A stretch of DNA of 64,000 bases from Candidatus Yanofskybacteria bacterium CG10_big_fil_rev_8_21_14_0_10_36_16. GTDB lineage: Bacteria; Patescibacteriota; Minisyncoccia; 2-02-FULL-40-12; IGHO2-01-FULL-4-A. The stretch spans positions 24,533 through 88,532 of the forward strand of contig PCXQ01000006.1 in assembly GCA_002794035.1 (NCBI GenBank), given 5' to 3'. Below the pieces are notes generated by a model. The model made no database searches, was not told where the DNA came from, and was given only the letters and a program-made list of their open reading frames with translations. Shown piece by piece: positions 46,400 to 55,986 of this stretch. The position numbers were made by a program, and so were the translations under genes. Positions within the stretch are counted from its first letter, which is position 1. The number at the start of each line of letters is the position of its first letter.

Positions 46400-46462
46400 A
46401 AGATTAAGCATGATTGCTCACAGCTAACATTCATGTTATTCTGGGAGTGCACAACACAAACT

Positions 46463-47755
46463 ATGAATCAAAATCACAATCATTATCATTACCACACTTA
46501 CTCCAACGGCTTACGATTAATAACCGTGCCAATGGAAAGCACCAAGACAGTTAACGTCTTGGTTTTGGTTGGAACTGGATCTCGCTATGAAACAAAGGAC
46601 ATTAACGGGATTTCACATTTTCTTGAACATATGATGTTCAAAGGTACAAAAAAAAGACCCGGGGCATTAGACATAAGCCAAGAGCTTGATTCAATTGGAG
46701 CTGAATATAACGCCTTCACATCAAAAGAGTACACGGGTTATTACATAAAAGCAGCTAGTTCAAAATTTGATCTAACGCTTGATGTAATATCAGACATATT
46801 CCAAAATTCAAAACTTGATGAAAAAGAAATAGACAAAGAAAGAGGAGTAATTATAGAAGAAATAAATATGTACTTTGACATGCCTCGCCGAGATGTCCAT
46901 GATGTTTTTGAAGGACTTCTTTATGGCGATCAGCCACTGGGCTGGAATATTGCAGGAGAAAAAGAAAACATAAACAACATACAAAGACATCAATTTGTAG
47001 ATTATTTTAATAGCCACTATTTTGCAGGCAATACTATTGTTGCTGTATCTGGCAACGTTACACCTGATGAAGTAAAAGAAAAGGTTGAAAAAAGTTTCAA
47101 TAACATAAGGGAACATGAAAAATTAACAGCCCTTCCAACTCATGAAAAACAAGACAAACCGGCACTTAAAACAAAGGAAAAGAAGACCGACCAAACAAAC
47201 TTTATATTGGGCTGTCGTGCTTACAACATGTTTGATGATCACAACTTGAACACAGCTGAGGTGCTATCTGTAATTTTGGGAGGTAACATGAGTTCACGCT
47301 TATTTACCGAGGTTAGAGAAAAAAGAGGGTTGGCATATTCAGTAGCAAGTTGGGCTGATGCATTTACAGATGTCGGCTATTTCGGCACTCAATCAGGAAC
47401 TGACAATAGTCGTTTTCTTGAAGCATTAAAGGTTGTGTTAGATGAGTATAAAAAAATAGCAAACGAAAAAATACCCGAAAAAGAACTCAAAAAAGCTATT
47501 GAATACATAAAGGGCAAAACAGTTATAGGACTTGAGTCTTCGGATTCTATGGCTGTTTTTTATGCTGAACAAGAATTACTTAGAAAAGAAATCAAAACCC
47601 CAGAAGAAAAATTAAAAGAAATAGAAAAAGTTACGATTGATGATATACAAAAAATTGCTCAAGACATTTTTAAACCTGAAAAATTAAACCTCGCAGTAAT
47701 TGGGCCAGTTCAAGATAAGGAGGAGGAAATACAAAAAATACTCAATTCATGGTAA
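46463..47755 (+). CDS. M16 family zinc peptidase
   Basis: HFLEH inverted zinc motif, NAFT, SSRLFTEVREKRGLAY. Confidence 0.93.
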   Translation: MNQNHNHYHYHTYSNGLRLITVPMESTKTVNVLVLVGTGSRYETKDINGISHFLEHMMFKGTKKRPGALDISQELDSIGAEYNAFTSKEYTGYYIKAASSKFDLTLDVISDIFQNSKLDEKEIDKERGVIIEEINMYFDMPRRDVHDVFEGLLYGDQPLGWNIAGEKENINNIQRHQFVDYFNSHYFAGNTIVAVSGNVTPDEVKEKVEKSFNNIREHEKLTALPTHEKQDKPALKTKEKKTDQTNFILGCRAYNMFDDHNLNTAEVLSVILGGNMSSRLFTEVREKRGLAYSVASWADAFTDVGYFGTQSGTDNSRFLEALKVVLDEYKKIANEKIPEKELKKAIEYIKGKTVIGLESSDSMAVFYAEQELLRKEIKTPEEKLKEIEKVTIDDIQKIAQDIFKPEKLNLAVIGPVQDKEEEIQKILNSW

Positions 47756-47766
47756 TATTAACTTAG

Positions 47767-48849
47767 GTGAACAATAACCACTCATTAGAATTATCTACCT
47801 ATTCAATTTTTAAGGTTATCATAATAATCTTATTTTTTGCTTTCCTTTATTTTGTAAAAGACGTTATTTTAATATTACTTTTTTCAATTGTTATTGCTTC
47901 TGGGGTCAGCCCATTTGCTGATTGGCTTGAAAAAAAGAAGGTACCTCGTCTAGTGGGTGTATTATTGCTATACATTGCACTGTTTGGACTTTTTGCCTTT
48001 TTGATGTCCCTTGTTGTGCCAATAATTTCGGTTGAATTAAATCAATTAACTGAAACCCTGCCGCAACTTTTTGAAAAAATATCAGGCGCTCTTGAAAAAG
48101 CCCAGCAATCAAGCGCTGCTGGATATTTTGATTTTGTAAGCGAGATTCAAAATCTTCTTGATGCATTATCCCAATTTTTACATGTCTCATCTCAGTCAAC
48201 CATTAGTTTTTTGATTGGAATCTTTGGCGGTATATTTTCATTTCTAGCAATAATAGTAATTTCTTTTTATCTGTCGGTAACCAAAAACGGAATAATAAGC
48301 TTCATAGAATCAATACTTCCTGAAAAAAAAGAAGAGTATGTTATAGGCCTCATTAAAAGATCGGAAAAAAAAGTTGGAAGATGGCTTCAAGGACAACTCC
48401 TTTTGGCTCTTACAGTTGGCTTAACAGTATTTGTTGGTCTTTCTATTCTTGGAGTAAAATTTGCTTTATTGCTTGGTATAATAGCAATGATTCTTGAGTT
48501 AGTTCCTTTTGTTGGTCCTGTAATAGCTGCGGTTCCTGCTGTTGTTCTTGCTTTAACACAGGGTCCGGTATTTTCACTGTGGGTAGGATTGTTTTATATA
48601 GGAGTCCAACAAATTGAAAACAACATTTTAACACCGCTTATCCTTGGAAGAACCACGGGGCTAAACCCTGTTACAGTTATTCTTGCCCTGCTTATGGGAG
48701 GAAAATTAGCTGGTATACTAGGGTTTTTTTTAGCAATCCCAGTTACGGTTGTAATAGTTGAAATAATAGAAGATATGGCACAAAGAAGAGGAGAACACAA
48801 AGTAATACCGGAAGAAAAAGAAGGAATGCCAACAGCTGAAGCGTCTTGA
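47767..48849 (+). CDS. AI-2E family (UPF0118) transporter
   Basis: Multi-TM; WLQGQL, VPFVGP, QQIENNILTP..G, GLNP, LAIP. Confidence 0.9.
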   Translation: MNNNHSLELSTYSIFKVIIIILFFAFLYFVKDVILILLFSIVIASGVSPFADWLEKKKVPRLVGVLLLYIALFGLFAFLMSLVVPIISVELNQLTETLPQLFEKISGALEKAQQSSAAGYFDFVSEIQNLLDALSQFLHVSSQSTISFLIGIFGGIFSFLAIIVISFYLSVTKNGIISFIESILPEKKEEYVIGLIKRSEKKVGRWLQGQLLLALTVGLTVFVGLSILGVKFALLLGIIAMILELVPFVGPVIAAVPAVVLALTQGPVFSLWVGLFYIGVQQIENNILTPLILGRTTGLNPVTVILALLMGGKLAGILGFFLAIPVTVVIVEIIEDMAQRRGEHKVIPEEKEGMPTAEAS

Positions 48850-48873
48850 TATTTAATAACTAATTGAAAACAA

Positions 48874-49533
48874 ATGAACTTGTACGTAGTCGCAACTCCC
48901 ATCGGAAATCTAAAAGACATGACATTTCGAGCCATTGAAACCCTGAAAGGGGTTGATTTAATACTGGCTGAAGACACAAGAGTTACCAGAAAACTCTTAG
49001 ATCACTATGGAATTAATACTCCGCTTGAAAGCTTCCACCAACATAGTGATTCTGAAAAAATTAATAACATTGTTGAACAGCTACAAAAAGGTAAAAATGT
49101 CGCCCTTGTTTCAGATGCCGGCACTCCTGGCATAAATGATCCCGGCGGAATCCTTGTAAACAAAATTATTGAATCAGGGCCTGAAATTAAAATCATTCCT
49201 ATCCCGGGGCCCAACGCTGCAATTACAGCTCTGAGTATTTCAGGAATTAACGCTGACAAATTTATTTTTCTTGGTTATCCTCCTCACAAAAAAGGCCGTC
49301 AAACATTCTTTAAAGAACTTTCTGAATCAAAGTGTCCATCAGTATTTTATGAATCTAGTCACAGAATTTTTAAAGCATTAACCCAATTATCTGAACTTGA
49401 AGGAACAAAAGAGAAACACATAATTGTCGCGCGTGAATTAACCAAAAAATTTGAAACAATTTACAGAGGTACAGCATCTGACATTTTAACCAAACTAGAA
49501 ACAAGAGGGGAGTTTGTGGTAATTGTAACTTAA
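48874..49533 (+). CDS. rsmI: 16S rRNA (C1402-2'-O)-methyltransferase
   Basis: LYVVATPIGNL, AEDTR, SDAGTPGINDPG, YES, ARELTK, GEFV. Confidence 0.96.
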   Translation: MNLYVVATPIGNLKDMTFRAIETLKGVDLILAEDTRVTRKLLDHYGINTPLESFHQHSDSEKINNIVEQLQKGKNVALVSDAGTPGINDPGGILVNKIIESGPEIKIIPIPGPNAAITALSISGINADKFIFLGYPPHKKGRQTFFKELSESKCPSVFYESSHRIFKALTQLSELEGTKEKHIIVARELTKKFETIYRGTASDILTKLETRGEFVVIVT

Positions 49534-49597
49534 TAAACTATATACCCCATAATTAAAAACCTTTATTTTTAGGGGTTTTTTTGGTATATTTTTAACA

Positions 49598-51088
49598 ATG
49601 CCAAACAAATTTTATATTACAACTGCTATAGATTATGTTAATTCAAAGCCTCATATTGGACATGCTTTGGAGAAGCTTCAAGCTGATGTTCTGGCTCGTT
49701 ATCATCGCTTAATCGGCGATGAAGTTTTCTTTTTGACCGGTACAGATGAGCATGGCGCAAAAATAGTAAAGGCAGCAGATAAAGCAGGTAAAACTCCGCG
49801 AGAATTCACAGATGAAATATCTGCCAGTTTTGTTGAACTTACAAAAAAATTAAACATTTCAAATGATGATTTTATCCGGACTACTGATCAAGAAAAACAT
49901 TGGCCCGGAGTTTATAAAATATGGAATGCTATCAAAGAAAACGAGGATTTATACAAAGACACTTATGAAGGTCTTTATTGCGTAGGACACGAAGCTTTTA
50001 TGAAAAAATCTGACCTAAAAGATGGCGAATGCCCCGATCACAAAACTAAACCCGAAAAAATAAAAGAGGAAAATTACTTTTTTAAACTATCAAAATACAA
50101 AAAAGACCTTGAGAAAGCATACCGAGATGGAGTTGTTAAAATATTTCCTGAAACAAGAAAAAATGAAGTACTTTCAATGCTTAAAGATTCAGAAGATATC
50201 AGTTTTTCAAGACCAAGCAAAGATTTAAAGTGGGGCATTCCCGTGCCAAACGACAAGGATCATACAATATATGTTTGGTCGGATGCCTTAACAAACTACC
50301 TTTCTGCTATAGGGTATGGAAGAAATGATGACTGGCTAAAATGGTGGCCAGCCAACACCCATGTAATAGGCAAGGATATTCTTCGTTTTCATGCTATCAT
50401 TTGGCCAGCAATGCTAATGTCAGCTGGCATTGATTTGCCAAAATCAATAGCTGTCCACGGTTTTATTACGGTAGAAGGAGAAAAAATGTCAAAAACAATC
50501 GGGAATGTTATAAGTCCCATAGATTTAATTGGAAAGCACGGCGTAGACCCAATCAGATATTTTCTTTTGCGGGAAATTCCCTCAACTCAAGACGGTGATT
50601 TTTCACAATCCAAACTTGAAGAAAGATATAATGGAGATCTTGCAAATAACTTGGGAAATCTTGTCAGCCGTACAGCTAAGTTAATAGAAACACGCCTGAG
50701 TGGAGAGTTGGATTTTAAAGATCATTTTGTTGATATTGACGCTCATAAAAAAGTGCAAGAAACATCTCAAAAATATGCAGTTGCACTCAATGATTTCAGA
50801 TTACATGACGCCCTGAGCGCTGTTTGGGAATTGCTTAGTTATGCCAATTCATATATCGATACTCGCAAACCTTGGGACAAAGATGCAGATGCCCAAAATA
50901 TTATGACAACTTTAACAACTGTTCTTGGCATCATATTGAATTCCGCATGGTTTTTAAAACCATTTATACCAGACACAGCAGATAAGATATTCAAGATGTT
51001 TGGAACAACAGAAGACCACACAAAATGGGTCGGCAATAAATTCGAAATTAATAAATTGGAACCTTTGTTTCCTAGAATAAAATCTTAA
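49598..51088 (+). CDS. metG: Methionine-tRNA ligase
   Basis: HIGH, GTDEHG, YVWSDAL, GKDI, KMSKT. Confidence 0.96.
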   Translation: MPNKFYITTAIDYVNSKPHIGHALEKLQADVLARYHRLIGDEVFFLTGTDEHGAKIVKAADKAGKTPREFTDEISASFVELTKKLNISNDDFIRTTDQEKHWPGVYKIWNAIKENEDLYKDTYEGLYCVGHEAFMKKSDLKDGECPDHKTKPEKIKEENYFFKLSKYKKDLEKAYRDGVVKIFPETRKNEVLSMLKDSEDISFSRPSKDLKWGIPVPNDKDHTIYVWSDALTNYLSAIGYGRNDDWLKWWPANTHVIGKDILRFHAIIWPAMLMSAGIDLPKSIAVHGFITVEGEKMSKTIGNVISPIDLIGKHGVDPIRYFLLREIPSTQDGDFSQSKLEERYNGDLANNLGNLVSRTAKLIETRLSGELDFKDHFVDIDAHKKVQETSQKYAVALNDFRLHDALSAVWELLSYANSYIDTRKPWDKDADAQNIMTTLTTVLGIILNSAWFLKPFIPDTADKIFKMFGTTEDHTKWVGNKFEINKLEPLFPRIKS

Positions 51089-51099
51089 CTAAAAAATAT

Positions 51100-51846
51100 A
51101 TGATTATTGATTCACACTGCCATCCGCAGTTCCCACAATACAACAAAGATCGCGACGAGGTCATAAAACGTGCTTTAGATAATAAAGTAGAGATGATTTG
51201 TGTCGGTACTGATTTGGAAATGTCCAAAAAGGCTATTGAGCTTTCGGAAAAACACAAAGGAATATGGGCATCTGTAGGTGTTCACCCAACAGACGTAGAT
51301 GGAGGTATAAATGTTGAACCATTTGAAGAATTGTTGAGAAATAAAAAAGTTGTTGCACTTGGAGAAATAGGCCTAGATTATTACCATATTAAAGATGAAG
51401 CACTAAGAGAACACCAAAGGATAACTCTTATGCAATTCCTAGACATGAATGAAAAACATGGATTACCCCTAATAATACATTGCCGAGAAGCATATGAAGA
51501 CATGCTTAAAATTGTTGATTCTAGATTTAGGGGAGTAATACATTCTTGGACTGCCAACTGGGAAACAGCAAAGAAATTCGTTGATTTGGGTTTTTATATT
51601 GGCTTTAATGGTATCATCACCTTCACAGATCAATATAATGATACTGTTATAAATACCCCTCTTGAAAAAATCCTGATTGAAACCGATGCACCGTTTCTAG
51701 CACCAGTACCAAATAGAGGAAAAAGGAATGAGCCCTTGTGGGTTAAGCATGTAGCTGAAAAAATATCTGAACTTAAAAAGATAAGCATTGAAGAAGTCGG
51801 AAAACAAACAAAAGAAAATACAAAAAAATTGTTTAGAATAAAATGA
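51100..51846 (+). CDS. tatD: TatD family hydrolase
   Basis: DSHCH, GVHP, GEIGLDY, IHCR, ETDAP. Confidence 0.93.
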   Translation: MIIDSHCHPQFPQYNKDRDEVIKRALDNKVEMICVGTDLEMSKKAIELSEKHKGIWASVGVHPTDVDGGINVEPFEELLRNKKVVALGEIGLDYYHIKDEALREHQRITLMQFLDMNEKHGLPLIIHCREAYEDMLKIVDSRFRGVIHSWTANWETAKKFVDLGFYIGFNGIITFTDQYNDTVINTPLEKILIETDAPFLAPVPNRGKRNEPLWVKHVAEKISELKKISIEEVGKQTKENTKKLFRIK

Positions 51847-54767
51847 AATACAATCCTTCCAAAATAGAATCAAAATGGCAACGCAAATGGTCTAAAGACA
51901 AACTTTATATTGCGCGTGACACAAAAAAAGATAAAGAGAATTATTATCTTTTAACAGAATTCCCTTATCCTTCTGGCAACTTACACATAGGACACTGGTA
52001 TGCCTTTTCTGTGCCAGATATTTTTGGACGTTATGTGAGAATGAGAGGCAAAAACGTAATGTACCCCATAGGATTTGATTCATTTGGATTACCAGCCGAA
52101 AACGCCGCTATTAAAAGAGACCTTCAACCTGAAGATTGGACAAATCAAAATATTAAATACATGACTGGACAGCTTGAATCAATGGGGGCAAGTTTTGATT
52201 GGTCGCGTAAAGTAATAACATCTCACCCCGATTATTACAAATGGACTCAGTGGTTGTTTATACAATTTTATAAAAATGGGCTTGTGCGCAGAGATAACAC
52301 ATTAGTTAACTGGTGCCCAAGTTGTAAAACAGTTCTTGCAAATGAACAAGTTGTTGAGTCTAAGAAAAAAGAAGGAGTTGTAAATGTTTGTGAAAGATGT
52401 GGTACAGAAGTTCAACAAAGAGAAATGATCCAATGGATGCTTAAAACCACAAAATATGCAAAAGAATTAACAGACAGTCTAGAAAATGTTGACTGGCCAG
52501 AAGCTACGAAATTGGCTCAAAAAAATTGGATTGGCAAATCAGAAGGAACGGAAATAGAATTCAAAATAAAACACGCCTCAGTTGCTAAATCCAAGGAAAA
52601 CAAACAAATATTTAAGATAAAAGTCTTTACAACAAGACCAGATACTTTGTTTGGGGCAACTTATTTAGTATTGTCACCGGATCATAAATTAATCCAAAAC
52701 AACAATTTAGAGATACTAAACAAGGAAGAGGTTAATAAATATATTAAAAAATCAAAACAAAAAACAGAGCAACAAATAAAGGAAAGCAGAACCAAAACAG
52801 GAGTAGAACTAAAAGGAATCAAGGCGGTCAACCCGGCAAACAATGAAGAGATCCCGGTTTGGATTGCAGATTATGTAGTAAGTCACTACGGAACAGGAGC
52901 CATTATGGCAGTACCTGCCCACGATGAACGTGATTTTGAATTTGCAGTAAAACAAGGACTGCCCATAAGGGAAGTTGTTGTTCCTAATATAATCGATAAG
53001 CGTAATCCGCCAAAAGAGGGTAAAAAATCTAAAGAAAGAAAAAATGTACACGCCATAGTAAAGGACCCTAATACAGGACAATATTTGGCTTTGAAATGGA
53101 CAAAATTTGACTGGATAACATTCCCGATGGGCGGGATAGAGGAAGGCGAAGATGTTGTGACTGCAGCAAAACGAGAAGTAAAAGAAGAAACGGGTTTTTG
53201 CAATTTAAAATTAATTAAAGTTCTTGAAGGTCAAGCAAGGGCTGAGTATTTTGCTGCCCACAAAGACGAAAATAGAGTTTCATTTACTACAGCTGTTCTT
53301 TTCGAGTTAATTGACAACACACAATCTGACATTAGCAAAGAAGAAAAAGAAATGCATGAAGTTGTATGGATTGATAAAAACAAGTTAAACTATCAGGGCA
53401 TGACCCATGCAGAAATTGATCTTTGGGCACAAAAAATGCACTCTGAAAACCCGGCTTATACAAAGCATGGGATTTTAATAAACTCAGGAAAATTTAATGG
53501 CATGGATTCTGAAAAAGCCAAGTGGGAAATTACAAAATATGTAAAAGGCGAAAAGCAAACCAATTATAAACTACATGATTGGATAATTTCTCGTCAAAGA
53601 TATTGGGGAGTGCCAATACCAATGATTTATTGTCCAAACTGTGGATATAAGCCTGTAAAAGAAAAAGACCTACCCCTAAAACTGCCAAGATTGAATGATT
53701 TTAAACCAACAGATGATGGCAAATCACCCTTAGCCAAAGTTGCCAAATGGGTAAAAACAACATGCCCTCATTGTGGCAATGAAGCGGAAAGAGAAACAGA
53801 CACCATGGATACCTTTGTAGATTCTTCGTGGTATTTTTTGCGCTATTCTGATCCACAAAACAAAACAAAACCATTTGATGGTTCCAAACTTAAAAAATGG
53901 CTACCAGTTAATATGTACATTGGCGGAGCTGAACACAACACAATGCACCTATTGTATTCAAGGTTCTTTACCAAAGCAATGCACGAATTAAAATTAATTG
54001 ATTTTGATGAGCCTTTTGCCTCGAGACGAAACCATGGAATAATATTGGGGCCCGATAGCCAAAAAATGTCTAAATCAAGAGGAAATGTTATTGATCCCGA
54101 TGATTTAGTAAAACAGTTTGGAGCTGACACAGTAAGAATATATCTAGCCTTTATGGGGCCATATGACCAAGGAGGTCCTTGGAGCCCTGGGGCAATAAAT
54201 GGAGTTTATAGATTTTTAAACAGAGTATGGAACCTTTTCGAGACTAAACACAAAATCCAAAATATAAAATCCAAGACAAATTCCAAAACCCAAAGCAATA
54301 AAAAATTGGAACAATTACTGCATAAAACCATTAAAAAAGTAGGAGAAGATATCGAGGAAATGAGATTCAACACTGCTGTTAGTGAGTTAATGAAACTTCT
54401 TAATGAAATTGAGGCTTCAGAAAACCAATTAACAAATACGGATTATGAATTATTTGCCAAAATCATTGCTCCTTTTGCCCCTCATCTTGCAGATGAAATT
54501 TGGCATGAATTGTTAGGCAGAAAAAAATCTATCCATCTTGAAAAATGGCCAAAATATAATTCAAACCTTGTTAAAGAACATTCGGTTGAATTTATAATAC
54601 AGATCAATGGAAAACTTAGAGATACGGTAGAATTGCCCATAGATTCCCCAGAAGAAACAGTGAAACAATTTGCACTAAAAAGCGAAAATGTAAGGAAACA
54701 CATGGGAAACCAACAATACAAAAAAGCCATATTTGTGCCGAATAAACTAATAAATTTTGTATTGTAA
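51843..54767 (+). CDS. leuS: Leucine-tRNA ligase with inserted Nudix domain
   Basis: FPYPSGNLHIGH, TTRPDT, GTGAIMAVPAHD, SRQRYWG, KMSKS; Nudix box at 53130-53198. Confidence 0.96.
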   Translation: MKYNPSKIESKWQRKWSKDKLYIARDTKKDKENYYLLTEFPYPSGNLHIGHWYAFSVPDIFGRYVRMRGKNVMYPIGFDSFGLPAENAAIKRDLQPEDWTNQNIKYMTGQLESMGASFDWSRKVITSHPDYYKWTQWLFIQFYKNGLVRRDNTLVNWCPSCKTVLANEQVVESKKKEGVVNVCERCGTEVQQREMIQWMLKTTKYAKELTDSLENVDWPEATKLAQKNWIGKSEGTEIEFKIKHASVAKSKENKQIFKIKVFTTRPDTLFGATYLVLSPDHKLIQNNNLEILNKEEVNKYIKKSKQKTEQQIKESRTKTGVELKGIKAVNPANNEEIPVWIADYVVSHYGTGAIMAVPAHDERDFEFAVKQGLPIREVVVPNIIDKRNPPKEGKKSKERKNVHAIVKDPNTGQYLALKWTKFDWITFPMGGIEEGEDVVTAAKREVKEETGFCNLKLIKVLEGQARAEYFAAHKDENRVSFTTAVLFELIDNTQSDISKEEKEMHEVVWIDKNKLNYQGMTHAEIDLWAQKMHSENPAYTKHGILINSGKFNGMDSEKAKWEITKYVKGEKQTNYKLHDWIISRQRYWGVPIPMIYCPNCGYKPVKEKDLPLKLPRLNDFKPTDDGKSPLAKVAKWVKTTCPHCGNEAERETDTMDTFVDSSWYFLRYSDPQNKTKPFDGSKLKKWLPVNMYIGGAEHNTMHLLYSRFFTKAMHELKLIDFDEPFASRRNHGIILGPDSQKMSKSRGNVIDPDDLVKQFGADTVRIYLAFMGPYDQGGPWSPGAINGVYRFLNRVWNLFETKHKIQNIKSKTNSKTQSNKKLEQLLHKTIKKVGEDIEEMRFNTAVSELMKLLNEIEASENQLTNTDYELFAKIIAPFAPHLADEIWHELLGRKKSIHLEKWPKYNSNLVKEHSVEFIIQINGKLRDTVELPIDSPEETVKQFALKSENVRKHMGNQQYKKAIFVPNKLINFVL

Positions 54768-54784
54768 ATTGTGCCACCAATAAA

Positions 54785-54810
54785 TGAAACCTTTTTCTCT
54801 AAAAAACGTC
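54785..54810 (+). promoter_or_regulatory. ECF sigma promoter, probably autoregulatory
   Basis: TGAAAC-N16-CGTC upstream of the ECF sigma gene (Bacillus SigW/M/X-type consensus). Confidence 0.7.
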
Positions 54811-54938
54811 TTATTAAGAGCCTGCCTAAACCCTTTATTCTATTCTCTAACTAATTTTCTCACCAAAGGGGGTCTAGGCAGGCCTTCTTACAAAACTGCC
54901 CAGTTGTTTTATTAAGTACAAAGAATATAATTGTATTA

Positions 54939-55490
54939 ATGAAGGAAACTCTAAAAAATCTTGATAACTTTGAACAAATTGTGGTTCAATACCAGCGCGA
55001 TATAATAAATTTTCATTACCGTTTTACCGGTAATCGTTTTGAAGCTGAAGATTTAGCTCAAGAAACATTTATTAAAGCGTACAAGAAATTGCACACACTT
55101 AAGGAACATGACAAGTTCAAAAGCTGGCTTTTTCATATTGCCCGAAATACAGCCGTTGATTTCTTCCGTAAAAACAAAAACAGGGCTATACCTGTTGATC
55201 ACGAGATATTAGCCAGCTTAGCGAGTATGTCTGATTCACCGAATTATGAAAAGCTTGTCGAACAAAACAACATAAGCAAGCAAATAAAGAATTGCGTTAA
55301 TTTATTAAAAGAAGAAGAAAAATTACTAATAAAACTTCTTTATTACCATGATTTCTCATACGCCCAAATATCTAAAATGCTTAACATCAACCAAAACACT
55401 CTTAAAAGCCGTTTGCGCCGAGCAAGAATGTCTTTGTTTGATATTATAAAAAGCAAAGGTTTGATGGAGGAGCTAGCTCTATCAATATAA
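54939..55490 (+). CDS. ECF RNA polymerase sigma factor
   Basis: AEDLAQETFIKAY, FKSWLFHIARN, SYAQIS..NTLKSRLRRAR. Confidence 0.93.
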   Translation: MKETLKNLDNFEQIVVQYQRDIINFHYRFTGNRFEAEDLAQETFIKAYKKLHTLKEHDKFKSWLFHIARNTAVDFFRKNKNRAIPVDHEILASLASMSDSPNYEKLVEQNNISKQIKNCVNLLKEEEKLLIKLLYYHDFSYAQISKMLNINQNTLKSRLRRARMSLFDIIKSKGLMEELALSI

Positions 55491-55494
55491 TGTT

Positions 55495-55893
55495 ATGGCA
55501 ATTCACTTAGAAGACAACAAAATGGATGAAATTATAAAAACACACATCGGTAATAAAAAAGCCTTTGGCTTTTATGATATAGATCCGTCATCAGATTTTA
55601 CCAAAAATGTTATGATAAAATTACACAATTTTAAAAAAATGCAAAATTGGATGTCTAAACTAGCCGTAATTGCTGTTAGCTTATCCCCATTTTCTATAAG
55701 AATAATTTGGGACTATGTCAGAGGAGATTATTTTTCCGTATCTTCAATGCCTCTTGGTAATTATCTGTACCAGGCCTACCACGTGCTAATGACAAGCATG
55801 GCCGCCTACTCAATGTTTGCACTAGGTATTGTCGCAGCATTCTTATTCCTTAATAAAAACAAGATTACTCAAAATATTTTCACCAAAGGATAA
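55495..55893 (+). CDS. Putative membrane anti-sigma factor
   Basis: PSSDFTKNVM motif and TM helices, directly after the ECF sigma. Confidence 0.6.
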   Translation: MAIHLEDNKMDEIIKTHIGNKKAFGFYDIDPSSDFTKNVMIKLHNFKKMQNWMSKLAVIAVSLSPFSIRIIWDYVRGDYFSVSSMPLGNYLYQAYHVLMTSMAAYSMFALGIVAAFLFLNKNKITQNIFTKG

Positions 55894-55986
55894 ACAAATA
55901 GTAGACCACCGAACAGCTAGAGACAAGCTGTTTTTTATTTACAAAAGTGATAGCATGTTAACGTATTAAAATAAGTTTTAATCAAT

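Noticed and set aside
55894-55986. glmS ribozyme
   Set aside because: Spacer is under 100 bp, AT-rich, and lacks the conserved AGCGC...GACGAGG core.
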